A stretch of DNA of 35,093 bases from Rhodospirillales bacterium (GTDB lineage: Bacteria > Pseudomonadota > Alphaproteobacteria > Acetobacterales > Acetobacteraceae), in the NCBI GenBank assembly GCA_043732745.1, contig JAYTHH010000221.1, positions 1-35,093 of the forward strand, written 5' to 3'. Both the position numbers and the translations under genes were made by a program. Under the pieces are notes generated by a model. The model saw only the letters and a program-made list of their open reading frames with translations, did no database searches and had not been told where the DNA came from. Positions 7,293 through 16,360 of this stretch are shown here, one piece after another (within the stretch, counting starts at the first letter, position 1; each line of letters opens with the position of its first letter).

Positions 7293-9854
7293 TCAGCCTA
7301 TCGACTTGCCTTTACCAAACGCCCGCGCGATCGCGTCGGGCGTGTAGGGCTTCGTGATGATCGCCGTAAAGCGATGCTCAATCGGGTAGTTGATGCCATC
7401 GCCATATCCGGTGGCAAACACATGATGCACCCCGAGAGATCGTAAGCGCGTGGCAATTGGCCAACTGGTCTCCCTGCCAAGGTTGATGTCGAGCAAGGCG
7501 AATCTCGGTGTTTCCTGGTCAATAAGTCGCAGCGCCTCAGTCACGTTGCTCGCGATCACCACACGTGCTGCGCCCAACGCAATCAGGACATCCTCGACAT
7601 CGAGCGCAATCAGGACATTGTCTTCCACGACCAGGATGAGGCCCGACAGGCGTGGCGACGCTTCCGGGCGCGGTGCGGCGATCGGGATGGGCTGACGGTC
7701 ATCGCCGACGACAATGTACTGGGACGGCAGGACGAACCGCGCTTGAAACCCTGAAGCCGGATAGCCGAGCGTCGCCAGGCCGCCAAGTTCGTGTGGGATC
7801 GATCGCTGGATGATGGTCGAACCGAAGCCATTTCGTGTTGGCTCTGCAACGAGCGGCCCGCCGGCCTCGTTCCAGTCCAGGGTGACGCTACCATCGGCAT
7901 CGTGTGTCCATGCGATGGTGATCCGTCCGGTATCGCCCGCCAACGCGCCATGCTTGACCGCGTTGGTCATCAACTCGTGGACGACCAGCGCCACGGTCGA
8001 AAACGCCTGGGGCCGCAACTGTATTGCGGGACCGCTGGAACGGATGCGCGACGCGCCCTCCCCAAGGAATGCTTCAGCTTCGGTGGCGATCAGCGTCGCC
8101 AGCGAGCACGGCCCCCAGTTCTTGGCGGTGATCTGGTCGTGGGCGCGGGACAGCGCGTGCACCCTGTTGCCGAGGATCTCGGCAAAGGTATCGATATCGG
8201 CGGCGCTGTTGCGGCTCTGCGACACGAGGCTACGGATCAGGCCGAGGATATTGCGGACTCGGTGGTTGAGTTCGGCGACGAGGAGCTCCTGCCGCTGCGC
8301 CGCAGCCCGGTTTTCACGCTCGGTCATGCCGGTGAAATGGAGCATTGCTTCCAGCAGCGAGACCCGAAGAAACTCCGCCGCACGCAGCTCGGCCTCGCTC
8401 CACGGCGCCGACTGGCCGCTCTTGAGTTCGCGCCACGCCTCGAAACTTTTGCGTGGCGTCAGACGCGGTCCGTTTGCACCGTGAACGACCAGCTTACCCG
8501 GCACGCCGGCCCATACCACCGAGCGGGCGATCTCGTGCCTGAAGAAAATCAGGTAGTCGCGCGGCGTCATGGGACCGGAAATCGGCATAACCAACATGCC
8601 GGCGGCGCGCTCGCTAAAGCCCTTTGCAGGCGCATGGAAGCTGGCCAGGCTATTGGTCGAAAAGATCCGACTTGAGGTCGTGTGATCAAGGGGCGACCGA
8701 AGTTCCGCCAGTTCCGCCAGTGTCGGCGTTGCGCCCCACAAAATTACCTTGTCGCCGACGCAGACCGCCAGCCCGTCATAGGGCACCAGGTCCCGCAGGT
8801 GCTCGGCCATGTCGGCAATTTTTTGTTCCGGCGCGCCATCGCTCAGCAAGGCGGTGACAAGTTGTTGCTGCAGATCGCAGACGCGCGCTTCGTAGCGCGC
8901 CAGTTCGGCACGTTCCTGCTCTGCGATGAGGAACGACAGCAGTTGCCCGAACAACTCGACGATCGTGCGCTGCTCGAAGCCGACATGCCGCGCGGACATG
9001 TGATGGCAGGAAATCAAACCCCACAAGCGACCGTCGCGGATCAACGATACCGTCATCGTTCCGCCCACCCCCATGTTTTTGAGGTATTCGATGCACATGG
9101 TCGAATGGGCTCGCAGCGTGCTCATCGATAGGTCGAGCGGCTCGCGCATCGCATCAAGCTGCGGAATGATCTGGCTCGGAGGAGCATCGACATCGGCGAG
9201 CAGGCGCAGAGGATTGCGGATGAGCAATGCGCGCGCCTGCCGGGGAATGTCCTCGGCCGGATAGCGGAGGCCCAAGAAGGGCTCCAATCCGGCGCGTGCC
9301 CGCTCGGCGATGACCTCGCCGGAATCATCGGCATCGAACTTGTAAACCATCACCCGGTCGAAGCCGGTCAGGCTCTGGACCAGCCTTACCGCTTCGCGCG
9401 CCAGGTTGGTCTGCCCCTTCATCCGCGACATCATCGAGCGGACCATCGAACCGGCGTTCAATTCACCAAGAGGCTGGCTCGGCTCAGCCTCTACAATGAT
9501 CGTCGTGTCAGAAATATGAACGGAAATGTCAAACAGGGCGCCGTCATGCTGGAGCATGACCGCGAAAAGACGCTCCACCGCGTCAGGGCCGCGGAGCATG
9601 GTCAGCTGGTTGCGAATGCTATGGACCGCCTGCTCGACGAACACGTCATGAAGCGGGGCACCCAGCAGGTTTTGGACGGAACGACCGAGAAAGCTGGTTG
9701 CGTTCGCGGACACGCGCGAGATCAGCCAGTCGAATGAGGTCGCAATGAGGAAACCAACCGGCTGAATACCACCAATCTGATGGATCGGTTCGCGGTCGCA
9801 ACTGGTGAGGTCGACCTGTGCATGTGCGTCAGGCACAAGCTGTTCCGTTGCCAT
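7293..9854 (-). CDS. bphP: Bacteriophytochrome-type photosensory histidine kinase: PAS-GAF-PHY + HWE/HisKA_2 kinase + C-terminal receiver
   Basis: The N-terminus has LTSCDREPIH, the candidate biliverdin Cys (codon 9798-9800). GAF motifs are GFDRVMVYKFDADDSGEVIAE, YPAEDIPRQARAL (DIP), YLKNMGV and LWGLISCHH. PHY tongue motifs are WAG and LTPRKSFEAW. The HWE kinase shows ELNHRVRNILGLI and LDWNEAGGP...GFGSTII. The receiver shows LVVEDN, ALLDINL and ITKPY. The track ORF starts at 9887; I prefer the ATG at 9854 (MATEQ), which has GAGAGG 7 nt upstream. Confidence 0.9.
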   Translation of the reverse strand: MATEQLVPDAHAQVDLTSCDREPIHQIGGIQPVGFLIATSFDWLISRVSANATSFLGRSVQNLLGAPLHDVFVEQAVHSIRNQLTMLRGPDAVERLFAVMLQHDGALFDISVHISDTTIIVEAEPSQPLGELNAGSMVRSMMSRMKGQTNLAREAVRLVQSLTGFDRVMVYKFDADDSGEVIAERARAGLEPFLGLRYPAEDIPRQARALLIRNPLRLLADVDAPPSQIIPQLDAMREPLDLSMSTLRAHSTMCIEYLKNMGVGGTMTVSLIRDGRLWGLISCHHMSARHVGFEQRTIVELFGQLLSFLIAEQERAELARYEARVCDLQQQLVTALLSDGAPEQKIADMAEHLRDLVPYDGLAVCVGDKVILWGATPTLAELAELRSPLDHTTSSRIFSTNSLASFHAPAKGFSERAAGMLVMPISGPMTPRDYLIFFRHEIARSVVWAGVPGKLVVHGANGPRLTPRKSFEAWRELKSGQSAPWSEAELRAAEFLRVSLLEAMLHFTGMTERENRAAAQRQELLVAELNHRVRNILGLIRSLVSQSRNSAADIDTFAEILGNRVHALSRAHDQITAKNWGPCSLATLIATEAEAFLGEGASRIRSSGPAIQLRPQAFSTVALVVHELMTNAVKHGALAGDTGRITIAWTHDADGSVTLDWNEAGGPLVAEPTRNGFGSTIIQRSIPHELGGLATLGYPASGFQARFVLPSQYIVVGDDRQPIPIAAPRPEASPRLSGLILVVEDNVLIALDVEDVLIALGAARVVIASNVTEALRLIDQETPRFALLDINLGRETSWPIATRLRSLGVHHVFATGYGDGINYPIEHRFTAIITKPYTPDAIARAFGKGKSIG

Positions 9855-9905
9855 ATCTAGACCTCTCGATCCCATCTCAAGGTTCAAACGGCACCTGAAT
9901 CATTA

Positions 9906-9935
9906 CGAGACGTTATGCCCTCGTGGCCGAGACGT
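9906..9935 (-). promoter_or_regulatory. 8-bp direct repeat CGAGACGT x2 with 22-bp phasing, upstream of bphP
   Basis: CGAGACGT occurs at 9906-9913 and again at 9928-9935 (ACGTCTCG on the bphP strand). The repeats lie 52-81 nt upstream of the preferred bphP start. On the gene strand a TTGACG hexamer overlaps the distal repeat. This is only a candidate transcription-factor site or promoter element. Confidence 0.3.
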
Positions 9936-9959
9936 CAATGTCACCCATAGCATGAGTTA

Positions 9960-9995
9960 ATGATGCGTTTGCGTTCAGCAACCCAAACGCATCAT
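9960..9995 (-). terminator. Strong hairpin downstream of mdtC and upstream of bphP (candidate terminator/insulator)
   Basis: The stem is a perfect 12 bp, ATGATGCGTTTG (9960-9971) pairing with CAAACGCATCAT (9984-9995), with a 12-nt loop. It extends imperfectly (ATGAG pairing) to about 9953-10002. No clear U-tract follows on the minus strand, so intrinsic-terminator function is uncertain. Confidence 0.4.
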
Positions 9996-10114
9996 GATCT
10001 CATCTGCAGCGTATGCTCCAAAATACCTGTTCCACTTGCTGCTCTTCTGCCTCATGTGGATGTTCGGGCTCGCCGCATCCCGCGGAAACCTAAATCCCAT
10101 CGCTTCCTGCAAGC

Positions 10115-13100
10115 CTACTCCGCCGGTGCGTGCGGCGTTGGCTGTCTCTTCTCCCGCCGCTTCTTTCTATCCCGGCCGCCCTGCAACGCCAGATAAATCA
10201 CCGGCGTCGTATACAGTGTCAGCATCTGCGAGACGATCAATCCCCCCACGATCGCCACGCCCAACGGCCTACGCAACTCCGCGCCGGTGCCGTAGGCCAG
10301 CGCAAGGGGCAGCGCGCCGAGCAGTGCGGCCAGGGTGGTCATCATGATCGGGCGGAATCGTTCCAGGCACGCGGCATGGATCGCGTCCTCGCGCGATCTT
10401 CCATGTTGGCGTTCCTCCTCCAGCGCGAAATCCACCATCATGATGGCGTTCTTCTTCACAATGCCGACCAGCAGCAGGATGCCGATGATCGCCATGATTG
10501 AAAGCTCGGTGCCTGTGACCAGCAACGCCAGAAGGGCGCCGAGGCCGGCGGAGGGGATCGTTGATAGAATGGTGATCGGCTGCGTCAGGCTTTCGTAGAG
10601 CACGCCGAGCACGATATAGATTGTGAGGATCGCGGCCCCGATCAGCAACGGAATGGCGGATATGCTGTCGCCGAGCAGCTTGGCGTTGCCGCCGAATTCG
10701 GTGTGGATGCTCTCGGGGATGCGCAGGTCCGCCGCCGCCTGGCGCACCGCGTCCAAGGCCGGGCCGAGCGGCGCGTCCGGTGGGGTGTTGAAGTTGACGG
10801 TGGCGGCCGGGAACTGGCCCTGGTGGCGGACGGCGAGTGGGGCGTAGCCACGTTCCACCCGCACCAGGCTGCCGAGCGGGATCTGCACGCCGCCCGGGCC
10901 GCTCACCCGAAGACGGTTCAGCGCCTCCGGATCGCGCTGAAGGGAGGGCAGGGTTTCCAGCACCACGCGATACTGGTTGCGGTCGGTGTAGATGATCGAC
11001 ACCTGGCGCTGCGCGAAGGCGTTGTTCAGCACGTTGTCGATGGCAGCGACCGACACGCCCAGCCGGGACGCCGCCACCCGGTCGATCACCACGTTGGCCT
11101 GCGGACCCGAACGGTCCTGGTCGGAGGTCACGTCCACGATCCCCGGCAGCGTGCGAAGCTTGTCTTCCAGCTTCTGTGTCCATTCGCGCAACTCGGTGAG
11201 GTCGCCGCCCAGCAGCACGAACTGGTTGGACGAGCCGCCGCGACCGCCGCTGCGCAGATCCTGTGCGGAATACAGGAACGTTTGAATACCCGCCAACGCC
11301 TGCAATTTTGGCCTCAGCCGCGCGATCACCTGCTCGGACGACGCGCCGCGTTCGCCCAGCGGCTTCAGGCCGATGGTGAGTTGGCCGCGATTGAGCGAGG
11401 CGAAGCCGCTGGCGACGCCGATGGTGGAGCCGATGCCTGAAATGGCCGGGTCGGTCAGCAGAATATCCACCACCGCGCGCTCGCGCTCGGCCATGGCGGC
11501 GAAGGAGATGTCGGGGTCGGCCACCGTGCCGCCCTGGATGATGCCGGTGTCCTGCGTCGGCAGGAAGCCTTTGGGCACCACGCCGTAGAGCCAGATTGTG
11601 AGGCCGATGGTGAGGATGGTCACTACCAGCATTAGCCAGTTGTGCCGCAGGGTCCAACCCAGGGTGCGCTCGTAGAAGCGGCCCATGGCACGAAAGCCGC
11701 GATCGACGGCGCCGTCGACATGCGACCACCAGGTGATGCGGGGCGGCTTGTCGCTCATGAACTGGCCGCAGACCATCGGCGTGAGGGTGAGGGAGACCAG
11801 GGCCGAAATGGCGATGGCCACGGTGAGTGTCACGGCGAATTCGTGCAGCAGCTTTCCCAGGATGCCAGGCATGAACAGGATCGGAATGAACACCGCCACC
11901 AGCGAGATGCTGATTGACATGACTGTAAAGCCGATCTGCCGGCTGCCCAGCAGGGCTGCCTGCATCGCGCTCATGCCGCGCTCCCGGTAGCGAACGATGT
12001 TCTCGATCATCACGATGGCGTCGTCCACCACGAAGCCCACCGAGATGGTCAGCGCCATAAGTGAAAAATTATCGAGCGCGAAGCCTGCGAACCACATGGC
12101 GGCCAGGGTGCCGGCGATGGACAGGGGCACCGTGACGCCGGCGGCGATGGTGGGCACCAGGCGGCGCATGAACAGCAGCACCACCAGCAGCACCAGGGCG
12201 ATGGTGATGAGCAAGGTGAACTGCAGGTCGTCCACGCTGGCGCGGATGGTGCCGGTGCGGTCGGCCAGGATGGTCATCTTGATGTCGGGCGGCATCCAGG
12301 TCGCCAGCAGCGGCAGGATGGCGCGGATGCGGTCTGCCGTCTCGATGACGTTGGCACCGCCGGTTTTGGTGATGTTGAGCAAGATGGCCGGCTGCGAACC
12401 CAGCGAGGCGGACAGGCGCAGGTTGGCGACGCCGTCGATCACCGAGGCGACGTCGCCCAACCGCAAGGTGGCGCCGTTGGAGGACTTCACCACCAGCGGG
12501 CGATATTCGGCGGCGGTGCTGAGCTGGTTGTTCAGCCCGATCGTCGAGCTGCGATCCGCGCCAGAAAATCCGCCCAACGCGCCGTTCACATTGGCTTGCC
12601 GGATGACGTTATACACATCCTGCGCCGCGATTCCTGCTGCCGACAACGCCGCCGGGTCCAGCCGCACGCGCACCGCGGGTTTTTCGGCGCCGTTCACCTG
12701 CACCTGGGCCACGCCTTCGACCTGGCTGAGACGCTGGCCGAGGATGCTGTCGGCGGCGTCGTAGATCGTGGCGGGCGACAATGTGTCGGATGTCAGCGCG
12801 ATGGTCATGATCGGCGCGTCGGCCGGGTTGAATTTTCGGAAGTATGGCCGCGTCGGCAGGTCCGCCGGAAGATCGGACGTGGCGGCGTTGATGGCGGCCT
12901 GCACGTCGTGCGCGGCGCCGTCGATGTCGCGATGAATGTCGAACTGCACGATGATGGAGGAGCTGCCGACAGAGCTGACGGAGGTGATCTCGCTCACCCC
13001 GGCGATCTCGCCCAGCCTTCGTTCGAGGGGGGCGGCGATGGAGGCGGCCATGGTTTCCGGGTCGGCGCCCGGGCGCGCGGCGAACACCACGATGGTGGGG

Positions 13101-13225
13101 ATGTCCACGCTCGGCAGCGGTGCGACCGGCAGGAAGTTGTAGGCCACACCGCCCGAGATCAGAATCCCGAGGCCGAGCAGGATGGTGGCGATGGGGCGCC
13201 GGATGAAGGCCTCGGAAAAGCCCAT
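10115..13225 (-). CDS. mdtC: RND multidrug efflux permease, MdtC/MuxC-like
   Basis: The 1036-aa ORF has an N-terminus FIRRPIATILL...LPVAPLPSVDIPTIVVFAARPGADPETMAASIAAPLERRLGEIAGVSEITS, which parallels E. coli MdtC closely. Its ATG at 13225 directly abuts the mdtB stop (TAGATG). Confidence 0.92.
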   Translation of the reverse strand: MGFSEAFIRRPIATILLGLGILISGGVAYNFLPVAPLPSVDIPTIVVFAARPGADPETMAASIAAPLERRLGEIAGVSEITSVSSVGSSSIIVQFDIHRDIDGAAHDVQAAINAATSDLPADLPTRPYFRKFNPADAPIMTIALTSDTLSPATIYDAADSILGQRLSQVEGVAQVQVNGAEKPAVRVRLDPAALSAAGIAAQDVYNVIRQANVNGALGGFSGADRSSTIGLNNQLSTAAEYRPLVVKSSNGATLRLGDVASVIDGVANLRLSASLGSQPAILLNITKTGGANVIETADRIRAILPLLATWMPPDIKMTILADRTGTIRASVDDLQFTLLITIALVLLVVLLFMRRLVPTIAAGVTVPLSIAGTLAAMWFAGFALDNFSLMALTISVGFVVDDAIVMIENIVRYRERGMSAMQAALLGSRQIGFTVMSISISLVAVFIPILFMPGILGKLLHEFAVTLTVAIAISALVSLTLTPMVCGQFMSDKPPRITWWSHVDGAVDRGFRAMGRFYERTLGWTLRHNWLMLVVTILTIGLTIWLYGVVPKGFLPTQDTGIIQGGTVADPDISFAAMAERERAVVDILLTDPAISGIGSTIGVASGFASLNRGQLTIGLKPLGERGASSEQVIARLRPKLQALAGIQTFLYSAQDLRSGGRGGSSNQFVLLGGDLTELREWTQKLEDKLRTLPGIVDVTSDQDRSGPQANVVIDRVAASRLGVSVAAIDNVLNNAFAQRQVSIIYTDRNQYRVVLETLPSLQRDPEALNRLRVSGPGGVQIPLGSLVRVERGYAPLAVRHQGQFPAATVNFNTPPDAPLGPALDAVRQAAADLRIPESIHTEFGGNAKLLGDSISAIPLLIGAAILTIYIVLGVLYESLTQPITILSTIPSAGLGALLALLVTGTELSIMAIIGILLLVGIVKKNAIMMVDFALEEERQHGRSREDAIHAACLERFRPIMMTTLAALLGALPLALAYGTGAELRRPLGVAIVGGLIVSQMLTLYTTPVIYLALQGGRDRKKRREKRQPTPHAPAE

Positions 13226-16200
13226 CTACTCGCCCGCCGCCTCAGGGGACGTTGCAAATGCCGGCTCCTTCGCGGCCATGCGGGGCCGGAACCGCGCGCG
13301 CAGCCGCTCGAAGGCGAGGAAGATGACGGGGGTGGTGTAGAGCGTCAGCAACTGGCTCAGCAGCAGCCCACCCACGATGGTGACGCCGAGCGGGAAGCGC
13401 AGCTCGGAGCCCGAGCCATTTTCGATGACCAGGGGAAGGGATCCGAGCAAGGCGGCCATCGTGGTCATCATGATCGGCCGGAACCGCAGCAGGCAGGCCT
13501 CGGTGATGGCAGGCAACGGCGGGACGCCGCGTTCTCGCTCCGCCTCGATGGCGAAGTCGATCATCATGATGGCGTTCTTCTTCACGATGCCCATCAGCAG
13601 CACCACGCCCACCAGCGCCACCAGCGACAGGTCCTGGCCCACCAGCATCAGCGCCAGCAATGCGCCGATGCCGGCCGAGGGCAGGGTGGACAGGATGGTG
13701 ATGGGATGGATGGTGCTTTCATAGAGCACGCCGAGCACGATATAGATCACGATCACCGCAGCCAGGATCAGCCACGGTTCGGAGGCGAGCGAGCTTTGAA
13801 ACTCTGCCGCATCGCCGGAATAGTTGCCCACGATGGTTGATGGCATGTCGATGTTGTGCTCGGCGGTGGCAACGGCCGCCACGGCGCCGCTCAGCGAGAA
13901 GCCGGGTGCCAGGTTGAAGCTGAGCGTGACCGCGGGGAACTGCGCCTGGTGCGTGACCACCAAGGGGGCGGTGATCTTCTCAAGCGTGGCGATGGCCGAT
14001 AGCGGCACCTGGGCGCCGGCGGTGCCGGGCACGCGCAGGCGCAGCAGCGAGTTTGGATCGGCCTGCCAGGACGGATCGGATTCCAGCACCACGCGATACT
14101 GGTTGGCTTGCGCGAAGATGGTGGAGACCTGGCGCTGGCCGAAGCTGTCGTACAGCGCGTCCTGGATCGCCTGCATCGATACGCCCAGCCGCTGGGCGAT
14201 ATCGCGGTCGACGCGCACGAACGTGCGGAATCCGAGGTCTTGCTGATCGGTCGCCACATCCTGCAATCCCGGGATGTTGCGAAAGGCCTCCAGCAGCTTC
14301 GGCCCCCAGATGCCCAACTCCTGCGCATCGGTGTCGATCAGGGTGTACTGGAACTGCGTGCGGCTGATGCGCGTGCCGATCTGGATGTCCTGCACCGGCT
14401 GCATGAACACCGAAAGACCGACGATGCCGCTCAGGTTGGCTTGCAGCCTTGCCGCGATCACCGCCGCCGATTTGCGCTGCGTGCGCGGCTTCAGCGCGAT
14501 GGTGATCCGCCCGGTGTTGGGCGTGGCGTTGATGCTGCCGGCGCCGACGAAGCCGACAACGCCGGTCACGTCGGGGTCGGCCCGGATGATGTCGGAAGCC
14601 CGGGCCTGCAAGGTCGCCATGCGCGGCACCGACACGCTCTGCTCGGCCTCCGTTACAGCCACAATCACGCCAGTGTCCTGCTGCGGCAGGAAGCCTTTCG
14701 GGATCACGATATACAGCCCGATGGTGCCGAACAGCGTCATCACGGCCACCACGAGAACCAATGTCTGATGGCGCAGCGCCCAGCCCAAGGTCCGCTTATA
14801 GAACGCCAAGGTTGCGTCGAACCCGCGTTCGGAGATGCGTGCGATCAGCCCCGGCCGGTCCTCGACATGCGGCCGCAGGAATTGCGCGCACATCATCGGC
14901 GTAAGGGTGAGTGAAACCACCATCGAGACGATCACCGAGACCGACAATGTCACGGCGAATTCGCTGAACAGCCGGCCCACCACGCCCGTCATGAACAACA
15001 GCGGAATGAACACCGCAATCAGCGACACCGTCAGCGAGACGATGGTGAAGCCGATCTGGGCCGCGCCCTTGTAGGCGGCGGCCAGCGGTGTCTCACCCGC
15101 CTCGATATAGCGCACCACGTTCTCGATCATCACGATGGCGTCGTCCACCACGAAGCCGGTTGCGACGGTGAGCGCCATCAGCGAGAGGTTGTCGAGCCCG
15201 TAGCCGAGCAGCGCCATGACGCCGAACGTGCCGATCAGCGACAGCGGCAACGCGACCGCCGGGATCAGGGTGGCGCGCCAGGACCGTAGAAAAACCCAGA
15301 TCACGCCTACCACCAGCACGATGGCCACCAGCAGCGTCGCCTGCACGTCGTTCACGCTGGCGCGGATGGTATCGGTGCGGTCGGTGACGATGGAAAGCTT
15401 CACCGCCGTCGGCAGCGCGCGTTGCAGGTTGGGCAGCTCCGCCTTGATGCGGTCCACCGTGGCCACGATGTTCGCGCCCGGCTGGCGCTGGATGTCCAGC
15501 ACCACCGCAGGATGGCCGTTGTAGCTGGCCGCGACACGGTTGTTCTCGACGCCGCCCACCACGGTGCCGACATCGACCAGCCGCACCGGGGCGGTGTTGC
15601 GATAGGCGATGACCAGGCTGTTATAGGCGTCCGGCGACAGGATCTGGTCGTTCGCCTCCAACGCCACCGCCTGGCGTGGCCCGTCGAAGCCGCCCTTGGC
15701 GCCGTTCACGTTGGCAGCCGCGATGGCGGTGCGCACATCTTCCATCGACAGCCCGTAGCCGGCAAGCCTGGCGGGGTCGATGCGCACGCGGATCGCCGGG
15801 CGCATGTTGCCCTGCACAGTGACTTTGCCCACGCCGTCGATCTGGCTGAGCTTGGGTTGCAGCAGCGTGTCCGCACTGTCGGACACCCGATCGATTGTGG
15901 TGCTGTCGCTGGTGAGGGCGATGGTCAGGATCGGCGCGTCCGCCGGGTTCACCTTTGCATAGACCGGAGGATAAGGCAGCGTGTTCGGCAAAGTACCGGC
16001 GGACGCGTTGATGGCGGCCTGCACGTCCTGGCTGGCGCTGTCGATGCTGCGGCTGAGCGAGAATTGCAGCGTGATCTGGCTGGTGCCCTCGGAGCTGACC
16101 GAGGTCATCGTGGTCAGGCCCTGGATCTGTCCGAACTGGCGTTCCAGCGATGCGGTGATCAGCGTTGCCACGGTGTCCGGATTGGCGCCGGGCAACTGCG

Positions 16201-16345
16201 TCGTCACCTGGATGGTGGGGAAATCCACCTGCGGCAGGGCCGAGACCGGCATTGCGCGATAGCCCATCAGCCCGGCCAGCAGCACCGCCATCGCCAGCAG
16301 CCAGGTGGCGATCGGTCGGGCGATGAAGGGGGCCGAGATGTTCAA
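13226..16345 (-). CDS. mdtB: RND multidrug efflux permease, MdtB/MuxB-like
   Basis: The 1039-aa ORF has an N-terminus FIARPIATWLL...MPVSALPQVDFPTIQVTTQLPGANPDTV...LERQFGQIQGL, which parallels E. coli MdtB. The start is a TTG at 16345 with GGGA 8 nt upstream. Confidence 0.92.
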   Translation of the reverse strand: MNISAPFIARPIATWLLAMAVLLAGLMGYRAMPVSALPQVDFPTIQVTTQLPGANPDTVATLITASLERQFGQIQGLTTMTSVSSEGTSQITLQFSLSRSIDSASQDVQAAINASAGTLPNTLPYPPVYAKVNPADAPILTIALTSDSTTIDRVSDSADTLLQPKLSQIDGVGKVTVQGNMRPAIRVRIDPARLAGYGLSMEDVRTAIAAANVNGAKGGFDGPRQAVALEANDQILSPDAYNSLVIAYRNTAPVRLVDVGTVVGGVENNRVAASYNGHPAVVLDIQRQPGANIVATVDRIKAELPNLQRALPTAVKLSIVTDRTDTIRASVNDVQATLLVAIVLVVGVIWVFLRSWRATLIPAVALPLSLIGTFGVMALLGYGLDNLSLMALTVATGFVVDDAIVMIENVVRYIEAGETPLAAAYKGAAQIGFTIVSLTVSLIAVFIPLLFMTGVVGRLFSEFAVTLSVSVIVSMVVSLTLTPMMCAQFLRPHVEDRPGLIARISERGFDATLAFYKRTLGWALRHQTLVLVVAVMTLFGTIGLYIVIPKGFLPQQDTGVIVAVTEAEQSVSVPRMATLQARASDIIRADPDVTGVVGFVGAGSINATPNTGRITIALKPRTQRKSAAVIAARLQANLSGIVGLSVFMQPVQDIQIGTRISRTQFQYTLIDTDAQELGIWGPKLLEAFRNIPGLQDVATDQQDLGFRTFVRVDRDIAQRLGVSMQAIQDALYDSFGQRQVSTIFAQANQYRVVLESDPSWQADPNSLLRLRVPGTAGAQVPLSAIATLEKITAPLVVTHQAQFPAVTLSFNLAPGFSLSGAVAAVATAEHNIDMPSTIVGNYSGDAAEFQSSLASEPWLILAAVIVIYIVLGVLYESTIHPITILSTLPSAGIGALLALMLVGQDLSLVALVGVVLLMGIVKKNAIMMIDFAIEAERERGVPPLPAITEACLLRFRPIMMTTMAALLGSLPLVIENGSGSELRFPLGVTIVGGLLLSQLLTLYTTPVIFLAFERLRARFRPRMAAKEPAFATSPEAAGE

Positions 16346-16360
16346 ATCAGGTATCCCGTC

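Noticed and set aside
9855-9960. A possible general-stress (EcfG-type) promoter GGAAC-N16/17-CGTT upstream of the HWE-kinase phytochrome.
   Set aside because: I looked for it on the gene strand and found no GGAAC with correctly spaced CGTT. Only a TTGACG...TAACGT sigma70-like pair is present, and that is too weak to assert.
11999-12037. A stretch of about 39 nt identical to 15119..15157, which looks like a dispersed repeat.
   Set aside because: Both copies encode the conserved VVDDAIVMIEN motif at equivalent positions of the paralogous permeases mdtC and mdtB. Paralogy, possibly with local gene conversion, explains it; it is not a mobile or regulatory repeat. The same applies to the shared block at about 10436 / 13559.
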